Assembly (NCBI GenBank): GCA_002269645.1 | Contig: NIVC01000006.1 | Coordinates: 744,001-808,000 of the forward strand | DNA length: 64,000 bases | From: Macrostomum lignano | Taxonomy: Eukaryota | Direction of reading: 5' to 3' | Notes under the pieces: model-generated | Databases searched by the model: none | Told to the model about the DNA's origin: nothing | What the model saw: the letters and a program-made list of their open reading frames with translations, nothing else | Made by a program: the position numbers and the translations under genes | Shown here: positions 49,405-60,707 of the stretch, piece by piece | Position numbering within the stretch: the first letter of the stretch is position 1 | Layout: each line of letters opens with the position of its first letter

Positions 49405-52400
49405 CACAGACCAAGAAGTATCTAGACTGCGCAAGCCCCATTACCTGCCTTGGCGTGTTTTTTGACAAAAACGCTGTGGAAAAAATGGTCCCTTGCTCCC
49501 GCGAAAAAAAAATCGATAGTATGTGAAGGTGAGGGGGAACAGGATAGTGGGTACAGAGCATTTTACTGGTCCTTATGGTTTCTAACCCACCTTTTATATG
49601 CGTTCGAATAAGCCATTCTCTCGGTGCTAAAACAACACAAAATTTACCTATCTACTAGAATCAAACCGATTTAATTCAACCAACTTTGTATCAAGCGATG
49701 GAAGAAGTTAATTCCTCTAAGCCGTCGAAGACTCGAAAATGTGGCAGCTATTGCAGTGCTTTTGGTTGCACGAATAGCGCAGCTTCAACTTCCTTCCATT
49801 CCTTTCCCAAGGACGATGAGACGAAAAAGAAGTGGGTAGCAGCACTGAGGCGAAAAGACTTCAAACCGTCAAAAAGTTCAAAAGTCTGCTCAGAGCACTT
49901 TTCTGAGTCTTGTTTCAAGGAGCAGTTTGAAGGCTTCTTGCCCAACGCCAGAAGAAGACTGTATCCGCACGCTGTTCCTTCAATCTTTCCTGCGTTTCCG
50001 GAACATCTGCAGCCAGCTGAAAAGAAGAGAAAGACAATCACAGCAGCCGCGGCTGCTCGAGAAGTTGATTTTGAAATATTTCAGGCGCCTCAAGTAGGCA
50101 GCGAGACGAAATCTGATTTGGAAGCCATTACTAACAATGACGATCTTCCTCAGCCAGACCTTCATGCCAACTGTGTAAGCAGGGAAGATTTCAATACGAA
50201 GGTAAGAGCTTTGAAAAATCTGAGGCGCAGGTACAATAGGCTTCTAGCGGCTTATGCCAAGACCAAGAAGGGTGCGAAAGCTATTGAAATCTTACAGCGT
50301 TCTCTTCGAAACAAGTACCGCAAAATTCGATCATTGCGCTCAAAGCATAGGCAAATTAAGCGAAGAGCGAGAACCCTGAAGGAGGCAATCGGAGAGTTGA
50401 GGAAAAAGAGCATTCTGAATGCAGCGGCTGCGTCGCGCCTGAATTTTTTGACCTCGAATTCTTTGATTAGCAGCATTTTGCCTCAAAGCAATAAGCGGAC
50501 AAGAAAGTTTCCTACTGAAGTGCGAAAATTCGCGTCCACCTTGCACTTCTACAGCCCCAAAGCCTATGAATATGTCAGAAAGTATTTTCAGCTTCCGCAC
50601 CCTGCGTCTCTTCGTAGATGGATTTCAAACGCTAAATGCTTTCCTGGATTTTGTGATCAGGCTTTCCAAGAACTTTCTCATCGACGCAGCTCCGACGATG
50701 GCTCTGCCTTTGACTACTGCAATGTAGTGGCCGATGAGATGTCATTGGAATCAATGATTGAATGGAATTCGAATGAAGGCATGTTCTTCGGCTATGTTGA
50801 CAAAGGAGATGGCAAGGCAAGTGATCAGGAGGCGACGTCGGCATTGGTAGTGATGGCTGTGGGTCTGAAGAACTATTGGAAGTTGCCATTGGGTTATTTT
50901 CTAGTAAATGGTGTGGATGGTGAATTTTTGTCTAGTGTTGTAGAAGAATCAATTCAGAGGCTTTATCAGGTTGGCGTTGTCGCCACATCGTTCACATGCG
51001 ATGGAACGCAGCACAACATTCGAGCTATTGAACTTCTTGGGGTAAAATTAGTTCTCCGGACTCAATTGTCGCCACGTTCCCTCATCCTTGTGACCCAAGC
51101 ATTCAGGTTTCTGCCTTCCTCGATCCGCCTCATATGTTGAAGCTGATTCGCAATCAGTGGCAATCAATGGGCACGATAGTTTGGCCGAATAGGGGGAATA
51201 TTGATTGGAAATATGTTTCACTGTTGCAGCAAGTTCAGGAGAGTCACGGGCTCAAACTGGGAAATAAACTAAGCAGACATCACATCAACTTTGCCAATTT
51301 AAAGATGAAGGTCTATTTGGCATCCCAGCTTTTTAGTAAGCCAGTTGCTGACTCCCTGCGGTGGGTACATCAGCAAGCTTTGGCCGGATTCGAGCACCAT
51401 GATGTACTTGTGACGGCAGATTTTATTGAGCACATGAATGACTTGTTCGACGCCTTTAACTCCAAGCGACTAGTAAATTACGGGGCCAAAATGGCTCTAA
51501 GAGCTGACAACCAGTCGGACTTTTTTGACTTCTTTACTGACTCGATTAAGCTTCTCGGAAGTCTAGAAAATCTGTCTGGACGCAAAATTGTTGAAACTGC
51601 AAAGAAAACAGGCTTTCTCGGCTTCATGGTGAATTGTGAGGCTGTTATGGCCCTTGCCAAGTATTTGTTTTCAAGTTGTGGTTTTTTATTTCTTTGCACT
51701 TACAAGTTGTCACAGGATTTTCTTGAGTTATTTTTTAATGCCGTCAGACTTCGAAACGGCTGGAATCACAATCCGACTCCGAGACAGTTTCGCTCAGCCT
51801 TTAGACAGTTACTAGTGCACGCTGGAGTTGGAATTCTCCAATCGACAAGTCCCAATGTTAAGCAACAGGATGCCACTATTCAGTTGTCATTATCATGTCT
51901 GCCTTCGTCACAATCAACAGAGGCAGGAAAACCTCAATGGAAGCAGATAAGTGCTCAGAACAGTTTGGGTTTAAGCCTTAATTCCATTCAACATTGTGTG
52001 AATGCATCAAAATGCGAAGTATGCCAGTCGATTGTGTATTACATTGCAGGCGCAGTGGTCCGTAGCATGCTTAAATCAATTGAATGCGCGCCGTGCAGAT
52101 CAGCACTCATTTCCAGCACTGAAATGTCAGCGGCTGCACGGTTGCCCTGCTCTCTTGTCACCATGAAAAATGTGCTGAATAAAGAAGGGACTGGGGGTTG
52201 ATTTTTCCAAGCAACTATGTCTTGCAAGTTTTGCTTCATGCCGAAACAATCATTCGACGTTCAAACTATAACAGCGGATTTTCTAGCGATGTGGCTGTCC
52301 AGGAGACGTTGCGCATGTCAGTTGATGCATTTCCCGAACTTGACTTGCATTCCGCGGCTGCCAGCATTGGCATTGAATCCCACAAGCTTCATTTGATTCG

Positions 52401-52859
52401 CATCATGGCGCTGCTCTACATGCGGGTTCGAATGAAGAAGGTGGCGAAAGACCTTTCATGTCCCAGAAGAAAATCAGGAAAGAGACAAAAGCTTCTACGA
52501 ACAGCGGTATTTCTTAATCTGTAGTTTAGCCTATTCTAGTGGATACCTGGTAAGTTGAACTCATTATTTTGATTCTGCAAGTTTTTATACAGGCAAGCTT
52601 TAATTAAATTAAAAGTCTTTAGAAAGAATCTCTTGAAAAATATTTATAAACGAGTCTAAAAAGCTATGATAATATTTTTTGTTGTTGTTGTGCCCTGTAG
52701 GAACCGAAAAGCAGACGAGTGGGAGTGGTTTAGGAAGGGAAATTCTTTACCCACTATCGACCGCGGAGGGGGGGTTGGCTGGGTGCCATTTTTATAACTG
52801 GGAAAGAGGCACACTTTTTTACTCTCCATGCGCAGTCTAGTCTTACTTCTTGGTCTGTG
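49405..52859 (+). mobile_element. P-element superfamily (THAP9-like) DNA transposon, 3455 bp
   Basis: TIR CACAGACCAAGAAGTA..CTAGACTGCGCA at both ends, perfect 8-bp TSD CCTAGCAG (49397-49404, 52860-52867), encodes THAP + P transposase. Confidence 0.95.
49698..52524 (+). CDS. THAP-domain P-element transposase (~942 aa if two single-G frameshifts are repaired)
   Basis: THAP CSAFGC..SFHSFP..W..VCSEHF..AVPSIF; catalytic ADEMSL, CDG, SQDFLELFF; DPPHMLKLIRN; KMKVYLASQLFS; YYIAGAVV..C..C; GGLIFPS; frame breaks at GGGG 51039-42 and GGGGG 52193-97. Confidence 0.88.
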
Positions 52860-53157
52860 CCTAGCAGTTACTAGTTAAAGCGTTGGACTTTGCGATTGAA
52901 AGGTCGGGAGTTCGATTCTCGGCCCACTCGGAACAATTTGTGTCATTGAGCAAGACGCTTAACTCTCTGCATTGCTTCAGTTCACCCAGCTGTAAAATGG
53001 GTGCCAGCATTAGCTGGGGTAATTGAGGGTGTGTGGCGACTCCCCCAGTCCTTGGAATGAACAGCCGTACGCAGCCTTCAGATGCGCCGCGCAATAGCTG
53101 CGGCTGAGCTGTCGGTTGCACATCTGGCCATTGGGGCAGGTGTAATTTATTTTTATT

Positions 53158-53345
53158 TTAACGATAAATAAAGTTAGGGCCGCTGTGCACTCCCGTGTGA
53201 GTGTGTGCCTGTACGTATGACTGCGTACGTATCCGCGCGCTTGTGTGCCTGCTCAGGGGAGTCGGCGGAATGGGCAGTAATGCCTCTCGCCGGTTGTGTG
53301 ACAATGTCGCTTAAAGTGCGCCAGAGTGCCCCCTGCTTCCTTGGC
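53158..53345 (+). mobile_element. 5'-truncated copy of SINE family 2, directly after SINE1
   Basis: aacgataa..taaagttagggccgctgtgcactccc...ttaaagtgcgccag matches the reverse complement of ~60365-60535. Confidence 0.75.
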
Positions 53346-53460
53346 ATGTGCATTCCCCTCAGCAATTTAGATTAATTTTTGTGAGGATAGTTTAGTTAAC
53401 TCGCTATTATGTAGTATAATATTAAAAGTTTTCTGCTGATTGCAACTGCAATACCCTCAG

Positions 53461-53666
53461 GTGTGGTGCCCAGAGCTGCTGCTGAAGAAGACGCTGTGCC
53501 ATATTCACTATCTGCCCGACTCTTGGCAGTGGCGCGGTCGTGAGCACAAAACGGTGACTCGGAATAACTTTTCCGTGCTGTTTCAGTACAAGGTCACCTT
53601 CCTGCTGGAGGAGATGCTGAGTCCAATTGTGACACCTCTGATGCTGCTGTTCGTGTTTCCCGACAG
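53461..53666 (+). CDS. ATG9: Autophagy-related protein 9, exon 3
   Basis: VWCPELLL..HIHYLPDSW..FSVLFQYKVTFLLEEMLSPIVTPLMLLF; acceptor ccctcag, donor AG|GTCAGC, phase 2. Confidence 0.93.
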
Positions 53667-53729
53667 GTCAGCTGTGACCAGGCTGTGATGGGCCTGAGCT
53701 TTTTGGCTACCCTTGATATCGAGTAGCCT

Positions 53730-55525
53730 TGAACCTTCAGTATCCCTGAACCCTCAGTATCCATGAACCTTCACTATCCCTGAACCTTCAGTATCCCTGA
53801 ACCCTCAGTATCCCTGAACCTTCAGTATCCCTGAACCTTCAGTATCCCTGAACCTTCACTATCCCTGAACCTTCAGTATCCCTGAACCCTCAGTATCCCT
53901 GAACCTTCAGTATCCCTGAACCTTCAGTATCCCTGAACCTTCACTATCCCTGAACCTTCACTATCCCTGAACCTTCAGTATCCCTGAACCTTCAGTATCC
54001 CTGAACCTTCAGTATCCCTGAACCTTCAGTATCCCTGAACCTTCACTATCCCTGAACCTTCACTATCCCTAAACCTTCACTATCCCTGAACCTTCAGTAT
54101 CCCTGGACCTTCAGTATCCCTGAACCTTCAGTATCCCTGAACCTTCACTATCCCTGAACCTTCACTATCCCTGAACCTTCAGTATCCCTGAACCTTCACT
54201 ATCCCTGAACCTTCAGTATCCCTGAACCTTCACTATCCCTGAACCTTCAGTATCCCTGAACCTTCACTATCCCTGAACCTTCAGTATCCCTGAACCTTCA
54301 GTATCCCTGGACCTTCAGTATCCCTGAACATTCAGTATCCCTGAACCTTCTATATCCCTGAACCTTCAGTGTCCTTGTACATTTAGGTAGCCTTAAGTCT
54401 TCAGTATCCCTGAACCTTCAGTATCCCTGAACCTTCAGTATCCCTGAACCTTCAGTATCCCTGAACTTACAGTATCCCTGAACCTTCAGTATCCCTGGAC
54501 CTTCAGTATCCCTGAACCTTCACTATCCCTGAACCTTCAGTATCCCTGAACCTTCAGTATCCCTGAACCTTCACTATCCCTGAACCTTCAGTATCCCTGA
54601 ACCTTCAGTATCCCTGGACCTTCAGTATCCCTGAACATTCAGTATCCCTGAACCTTCAGTATCCCTGAACCTTCAGTATCCCTGAACCTTCAGTATCCCT
54701 GAACCTTCTATATCCCTGAACCTTCAGTGTCCTTGTACATTTAGGTAGCCTTAAGTCTTCAGTATCCCTGAACCTTCAGTATCCCTGAACCTTCAGTATC
54801 CCTGAACCTTCAGTATCCCTGAACTTACAGTATCCCTGGACCTTCAGTATCCCTGAACATTCAGTATCCCTGAACCTTCTATATCCCTGAACCTTCAGTG
54901 TCCTTGTACATTTAGGTAGCCTTAAGTCTTCAGTATCCCTGAACCTTCAGTATCCCTGAACCTTCAGTATCCCTGAACCTTCAGTATCCCTGAACTTTCA
55001 GTATCCCTGAACCTTCAGTATCCCTGAACCTTCAGTATCCCTGAACATTCAGTATCCCTGAACCTTCTATATCCCTGAACCTTCAGTGTCCTTGTACATT
55101 TAGGTAGCCTTAAGTCTTCAGTATCCCTAAACCTTCAGTATCCCTGAACCTTCAATATCCCTGAACCTTCAGTATCCCTGAACCTTCTATATCCCTAAAC
55201 CTTCAGTGTCCTTGTACATTTAGGTAGCCTTAAGTCTTCAGTATCCCTGAACCTTCAGTATCCCTGAACCTTCAATATCCCTGAACCTTCAGTATCCCTG
55301 AACCTTCAGTATCCCTGAACCTTCTATATCCCTGAACCTTCAGTATCCCTGAACCTTCAGTATCCCTGAACCTTCAGTATCCCTGAACCTTCAGTATCCC
55401 TGAACCTTCAGTATCCCTGAACCTTCAGTATCCCTGAACCTTCAGTATCCCTGAACCTTCTATATCCCTGAACCTTCAGTGTCCTTGTACATTTAGGTAG
55501 CCTTAAGTCTTCAGTAGCCCTGAAC
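53730..55525. repeat. 17-bp satellite TATCCCTGAACCTTCAG with a higher-order spacer
   Basis: Roughly 90 units; 33-nt spacer gtccttgtacatttaggtagccttaagtcttca recurs at 54371, 54729, 54900, 55088, 55208, 55481. Confidence 0.96.
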
Positions 55526-55605
55526 CCTTCCAATAACCTAAGCCTCATGTTGACCTCATGACCTGCATTCACCTGAGCGCCGCCGCTGCCACTTGAAATT
55601 CGCAG

Positions 55606-56491
55606 ATGCGGCCAGCTCATTGATTTCTTCCGCAACTTCACTATCGACATCCAAGGCGTCGGCGATGTCTGCTCGTTCGCCCAGCTGGACGTCCGCGCCC
55701 ACGGCAACCCGGAATGGTCAGCTGACGCAGACGCCCCAATGCCGACAATGAGCGGCTCCGCAGCCGCTGCCACTTCGACATCGTCGGTTCCGCATGACGA
55801 CCAGCCTGCCGAGCTGGCCCCCAAAGCTGCTGACGGCAAGACTGAACTGTCTCTGCTGCACTTTCACCTCACCAACCCCGGCTGGCAGCCGCACAATCGC
55901 CAGTCCGGACTCTACCTGGACAGCCTGCGGCGACAGGCAATGCAGGCCAGCTGCAGTGTGCAGCAGTTGCAGTCTCAGCAGCAGCAACAGCAGCAGAATC
56001 TTCTTCTAGCAGCTTCATTCCCAAAGCCGGAGGATTCCACCACTGGCGCTCTGCTGATGCTGCAGTCGCAGCAGATCTTCGCCGCGCCGCCAAACAGTCT
56101 GGAAGCTGCCGCCTCGGCTGGCGCAGCGCAGCCAATGTCTCTGCAGCCTCAGCAGCAGCGGCTTGTTGGCGGAGTTTGCCGTCTGGACCATCATCAGGGC
56201 CAGTCCGCCCAGAGTCTGCAACATCAGCAGCAGCAGCAGCAATCAATGGTTGGCATGACAGCATCAGCTGCTCTGTTAGATCCGTATTCTGTAGCTGCTA
56301 ACTCCGGCCAGCAGTCTCTGGCCGCCCAGATGTCCGTGTCCACTCTGTACCTTCACGAGCTGCATCACCACCGACTGTTGAGCCGGGCCCCCGGGGCCGC
56401 CCTGCTTCTGGCGCCCATGGCCGAGGACGAACCGGACAGAGAAGGCGGCGGAGGAGGCGGGCAATACGGCGGATCGGCTGGCACGGCTTGA
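55606..56491 (+). CDS. ATG9: Autophagy-related protein 9, exon 4 (last)
   Basis: Acceptor ttcgcag|A; LIDFFRNFTIDIQGVGDVCSFAQLDVRAHGNPEW and DGKTELSLLHFHLTNPGWQP are ATG9 signatures; Q-rich tail; spliced product 803 aa. Confidence 0.93.
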
Positions 56492-56629
56492 GCACGGTTG
56501 CTATTAGCTACTGCGGAAGCTTGAATAATGCTAGCTGCTACTTTGCTTTTGGTCTACTCATATAGTAGCTATTAGTGCCATTTTCGGCTGAGTTGGGAAA
56601 TTAAAAAAACTTATCACTGTTAGTGACGC

Positions 56630-56965
56630 TTCTGTATGTCTAATCATGATGCTTCTGTATGTCTAATCATGATGCTTCTGTATGTCTAATCATGATACTT
56701 CTGTATGTCTAATCATGATGCTTCTGTATGTCTAATCATGATGCTTCTGTATGTCTAATCATGATGCTTCTGTATGTCTAATCATGATACTTCTGTATGT
56801 CTAATCATGATGCTTCTGTATGTCTAATCATGATGCTTCTGTATGTCTAATCATGATTCTTATGTATGTCTAATCATGATGCTTCTGTATGTCTAATCAT
56901 GATACTTCTGTATGTCTAATCATGCTACTTCTGTATGTCTAATCATGCTACTTCTTTATGTCTAA
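56630..56965. repeat. 23-bp minisatellite atgcttctgtatgtctaatcatg
   Basis: Tandem repetition. Confidence 0.93.
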
Positions 56966-57083
56966 TCATTATTTAGTAACCCCAGGTGAACTTTCAATAT
57001 TCCACACATGCACCTGTGTTCAGTAACCTGCAAGGGATCCCTTACCTGTAGATAAAAGTGTAAAGTTAGCCAATAGATGACTA

Positions 57084-58382
57084 CGAGGGGAAGTCAAAAA
57101 GTAATGATAATTTTGCTGTCACGCCTAAAATATCAGAGTTATTGAACTGCAACTGGTTTCATTTGAAAAAACATATTTTGATCTTTATTTGACAGAGTTT
57201 TGGTTCTTCTAAAGTGATTGATGCCTGCATGGTGACACTCTAATCACAGTATACCCTTTCAGCAATGGAAAATTCAAAAATCGAAGCTCGTACTAACGTG
57301 ACGTTTCTTGTATAGCTTGGTTGGAAGCCAGCCGAAATCATTGACGCTTTGAAGAAGGTCTATGGGGACACTGCTCCACCAGATCCAACCATTTATTGCT
57401 GGATTCGAGCTTTTAAGGAAGGCCGAGAGTCCACGGAGACGCCCAGCGGTCGGGAAGGCCCACAACATCGTGCACAGGGGAAAATGTGGCAGCTGTGCAG
57501 CCAGTGATTGAGCTGGATCGGCGCGTGACCATAGACAATATTGCTGACAAAGTGGGCATTGCTCATGGCAGTGCTCACTCCATTGTGACGGACTGTCTTG
57601 GTCTGAGCAAGCTGAGTGCCCGCTGGGTCCCGAGGCTGTTGCGGCCTGAACACTGGTTTCAGCACACTGAGTGTGCCATCAACCTGCTGAACTGCTTGGA
57701 CGCTAGTTCAGAAAACAGTTACCAGCGCTTAGTGACCGAGGATGAAACATGGATATTTCAGTACAATCCCGAGTCCAAGGTCCAATCCAAGGACTGGCTG
57801 CCACGAGGTTCAGCAGGCCCCAAGAAGTTCCATGCGGAACAGTCTGCAGCGAAGGTCTTGGCGACGATTCTCTGGGATGTTGAGAGAGTGGTGATGGTGG
57901 ACTTCTTGGAAAGCCAGAAGACCATCAATGCCACCTATTATGCGTCGCTTCTGCAAAAGCTCCGCATCGAACTGGCCAAAAAGCAACCTGGCAAGCTGCA
58001 CCTTGGGATTCTCTTTCACCACGACAATGCACCAGCCCACACTTCTCGGCTCTGCCATGAAGCCCTGCAAGATTTCCGCTGGGAAATCCTCCAGCATCCT
58101 CCATATAGCCCTGGTTTGGCTCCTTCGGACTTTTTTTGCTTCCCAAGCTGAAGGAAGCAATCAAAAGGAGACCAAAATGAGGACAAAGAGGCTGCCAAAA
58201 AGGCTACTGTACAGTGGCTTGTTGCACAGCCTCCTGAGTTCTATGTGAACGGCCTGGAGAGATGGCGACACTGCATGGAGAAGCGTCTGACCCTGAAGGG
58301 GGACTATGTAGAAAAGTAGATTTCCATTTGAAGTTTGACACTCGTGACAACAAAATTATCATTACTTTTTGACTTCCCCTCG
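57084..58382 (+). mobile_element. Full-length (1299 bp) inactive mariner, DD34D
   Basis: TIR CGAGGGGAAGTCAAAAAGTAATGATAATTTTG with TA TSDs; WVPRLL, VTEDETW, HHDNAPAH, HPPYSPGLAPSDF; early in-frame TAG and frameshifts. Confidence 0.93.
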
Positions 58383-58876
58383 TATGTTGATTGAGTGGTT
58401 GAGAATATCCTTTCTACAGACTTGAGAATTTATCCATATTAAGCTACCTCTTCCCAATGATCAAATAATTCAGTCTTCAGCCAGTCTGATATATGGGTGT
58501 CTCTTTAAGTCCAAGAGTTTAAGCATGGCTTGAACCAATCAATCATTGTATTGATTAATAAGTAGGTGAGCCACTTTCAGTTGTCTCCATAATTAGCGCT
58601 TAACGTGGATGATGATTTTGATTGTCACGTTTATACTTGTAAAATAGTTTTGCGGTGTAAATAATGTTTTAGATTTCCGTAGATTTTTTAGCTTGTTCAT
58701 TTGTTGCTCTCTTGGGTAACCAAAGTTTTCATTTTATTAAGTTACTTCGGCTTTCCTGTCGCTAAAATAAGTCAGATTAATAATATCATTTCTGCAGTGC
58801 TATGCAAATTTATAGAATTATTAACCCAACATTGATTTTCGGTATTAATTTGTATTTGTAAATATTTGTAGCCGAA

Positions 58877-59136
58877 GGGGCTGATGTCTAGTGGTAAGAG
58901 CGTCGGACTTACGACCTTGTAGGTCGGGGGTTCGAATCCCGATCCCACTATAGTAATTTATGACCAAGACACTTAACTCTGCATTAGCTGGGGAAATTGA
59001 GAGTGTGTGTCGCGTCCCCCCCCCCCCAGTCCTTGGACTGAAAAGCCGTACGCAGCCTTCAGATGCGCCGCGCAATAGCTGCGGCTGAGCTGTCGGATGC
59101 ACATCTGCCCATGGACAGGTGTAATCAATTATTATT
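58877..59136 (+). mobile_element. tRNA-derived SINE family 1, copy 2
   Basis: A box TGTCTAGTGG, B box GGTTCGAATCC; body near-identical to 52940-53150 apart from an internal deletion; ATT tail. Confidence 0.82.
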
Positions 59137-59761
59137 GCTATTTCATTGTCTTGCTTTATGTGCTCTTTCTAATTGAACAAGTTACTTAGGCTTTCCTGTC
59201 ACTAAGGGACTCAGATTATCTCGTCTCTGCAGTGCTTTGAGAATTTCTAGAGTCATTAATTCGTTCACTAATAATGCTAAAAAAACAACCATTACATGAA
59301 TAGCTGCTATCTTCGACTCAACCCCACATTGAATTTCGGTATTAATTGGCATTGCATACTACTACTACAAGAAATATCTTATGCACAAAAATTGTGCGTT
59401 TCGATGGACAAAACGAAACGTACTACATTTTGTATCTCTGCCTGCTGGCCTACTTATACTACTTTTGAGTAGATTATCGGAATATTGTATTTGTAATTTC
59501 TGTTAAATATTTTCTGAGTTTCAGATGCTTTGCTTGTTGCGCGCTTCTGCAATATTATTTTATTTTTATGCTCTATAGATGGCATTGTAAAATAATAAAT
59601 GCGAGTTATTTTTCTAACACGAGCGTACCGTTGTCACAAAAATGTTTCATTTGGCATGTACGCACATGCTGCTTTGAACCGGGACAGTGCTTACTGTGCT
59701 TTGATTCCTTCAACTTTCTTTTGCTATAAAATTGTGATTTTGTCCAAATTTTGGATTTTTG

Positions 59762-59935
59762 AAGACTGTCAGCAACTGCATTGAAGCCCAGGTACAGATT
59801 GTGTCAGGTGAGCGGCCTCAGACGGATCAGCATGACGAAGGCGACGACAATGTTGGCAACGAGTCCGGTGACCACGATCGCAGGCAGCAGGCGCCTACCA
59901 CGTTGGACACGGCGCAGTAAAGCTTCGGTCGGCAT
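59762..59935 (-). pseudogene. Class A (peptide) GPCR TM1-TM2 fragment with in-frame stop
   Basis: LLPAIVVTGLVANIVVAFVMLIRLRPLT*HNLYLGFNAVADSL resembles the TM1 GxxGN and TM2 NLYLxxLAxAD motifs; TGA at 59804-59806. Confidence 0.5.
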
Positions 59936-60345
59936 GGCTCACCGCTCATTATCAGGCAGTCCCTGACCATCAGCATGGCGGTTGTCTCCGAATACAACTC
60001 GCCTAACTTTGTCAGTAGCGTTCATCTTTAAAACAACTGTACCTGTCTTACATAACAACCAATCCCATTAAATTTATTACTGTGCATAAACTTTGAAGCA
60101 TATTTAATAACCTTAATGAGTAGATTTTTATTGGTCCAAACCTGCGATTGGTTCTTCTTCCAGAATACCTGCAGTAAAGGGAAGTTCCAAGTTTTCTGAA
60201 GCCTGTTGTCTGGTTTGCGTCCCACATCACCATGTACGGTAAATAATGGAACAGTTGTATTGTCAGCCTGACTTGCTAGGGGGTTAAACCAGTGAGGCGT
60301 AGCGCTTGCAGTCGGGTGATGGGGCCGTTCCTGGGTCACGTGACT

Positions 60346-60707
60346 TTTTTTTATTAGAGGCAGGGGGGTTGTGTGCACCCTGGCGCACTTTAAGCGACAT
60401 AGGCACACAACCGGCGAGAGGCATTACTGCCCATTCCGCCGACTCCCCTGAGCAGGCATACAAGCGCGCGGATACGTACGCATGCACACACTCACACAGG
60501 AGTGTACAGCGGCCCTAACTTTATATTATCGTTAGGCATGTACACTTCACTGCGCCTTGGGGGGTTGGCTCTCAAAGCCGTTAATTGCACGAGCAGAGCC
60601 AAGCCGAGATTCCAATTCAGCCCCAAATTAATGTGACTGCACTTGGAATCGAGCCTGGGTCGCTGGCACACCAGAGCCTGCGCTACCGCTGGGCTACGGC
60701 CCCCCTA
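60346..60707 (-). mobile_element. tRNA-derived SINE family 2, full length with TSD
   Basis: Head GGGGCCGTAGCCCAGCGGTAG..GGCTCGATTCC, poly-A tail, 12-bp TSD GGTCAC(G/A)TGACT at 60334-60345 and 60708-60719. Confidence 0.78.

Larger units (their letters stand above)
49387..53160 (+). mobile_element. tRNA-derived SINE (family 1) split by the P element: head 49387-49404, remainder 52860-53160
   Basis: GGGGTTGTAGCCTAGCAG + TTACTAGTTAAAGCG...GGAGTTCGATTC (A/B boxes) rejoins to match the intact heads at 58877 and 62257. Confidence 0.8.

Noticed and set aside
51043-51133. Intron explaining the first P-transposase frame break
   Set aside because: The segment encodes conserved-looking FPHP..DPPH residues in the shifted frame; a 1-nt indel is the simpler explanation
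5935-56965. Regular direct repeats as possible CRISPR arrays
   Set aside because: Units are contiguous without unique spacers, there are no cas genes, and the context is eukaryotic intron DNA
58877-58950. tRNA gene (also 52860-52930, 60640-60707, 62200-62257)
   Set aside because: The acceptor stem does not close and each head is followed by a shared SINE body and tail
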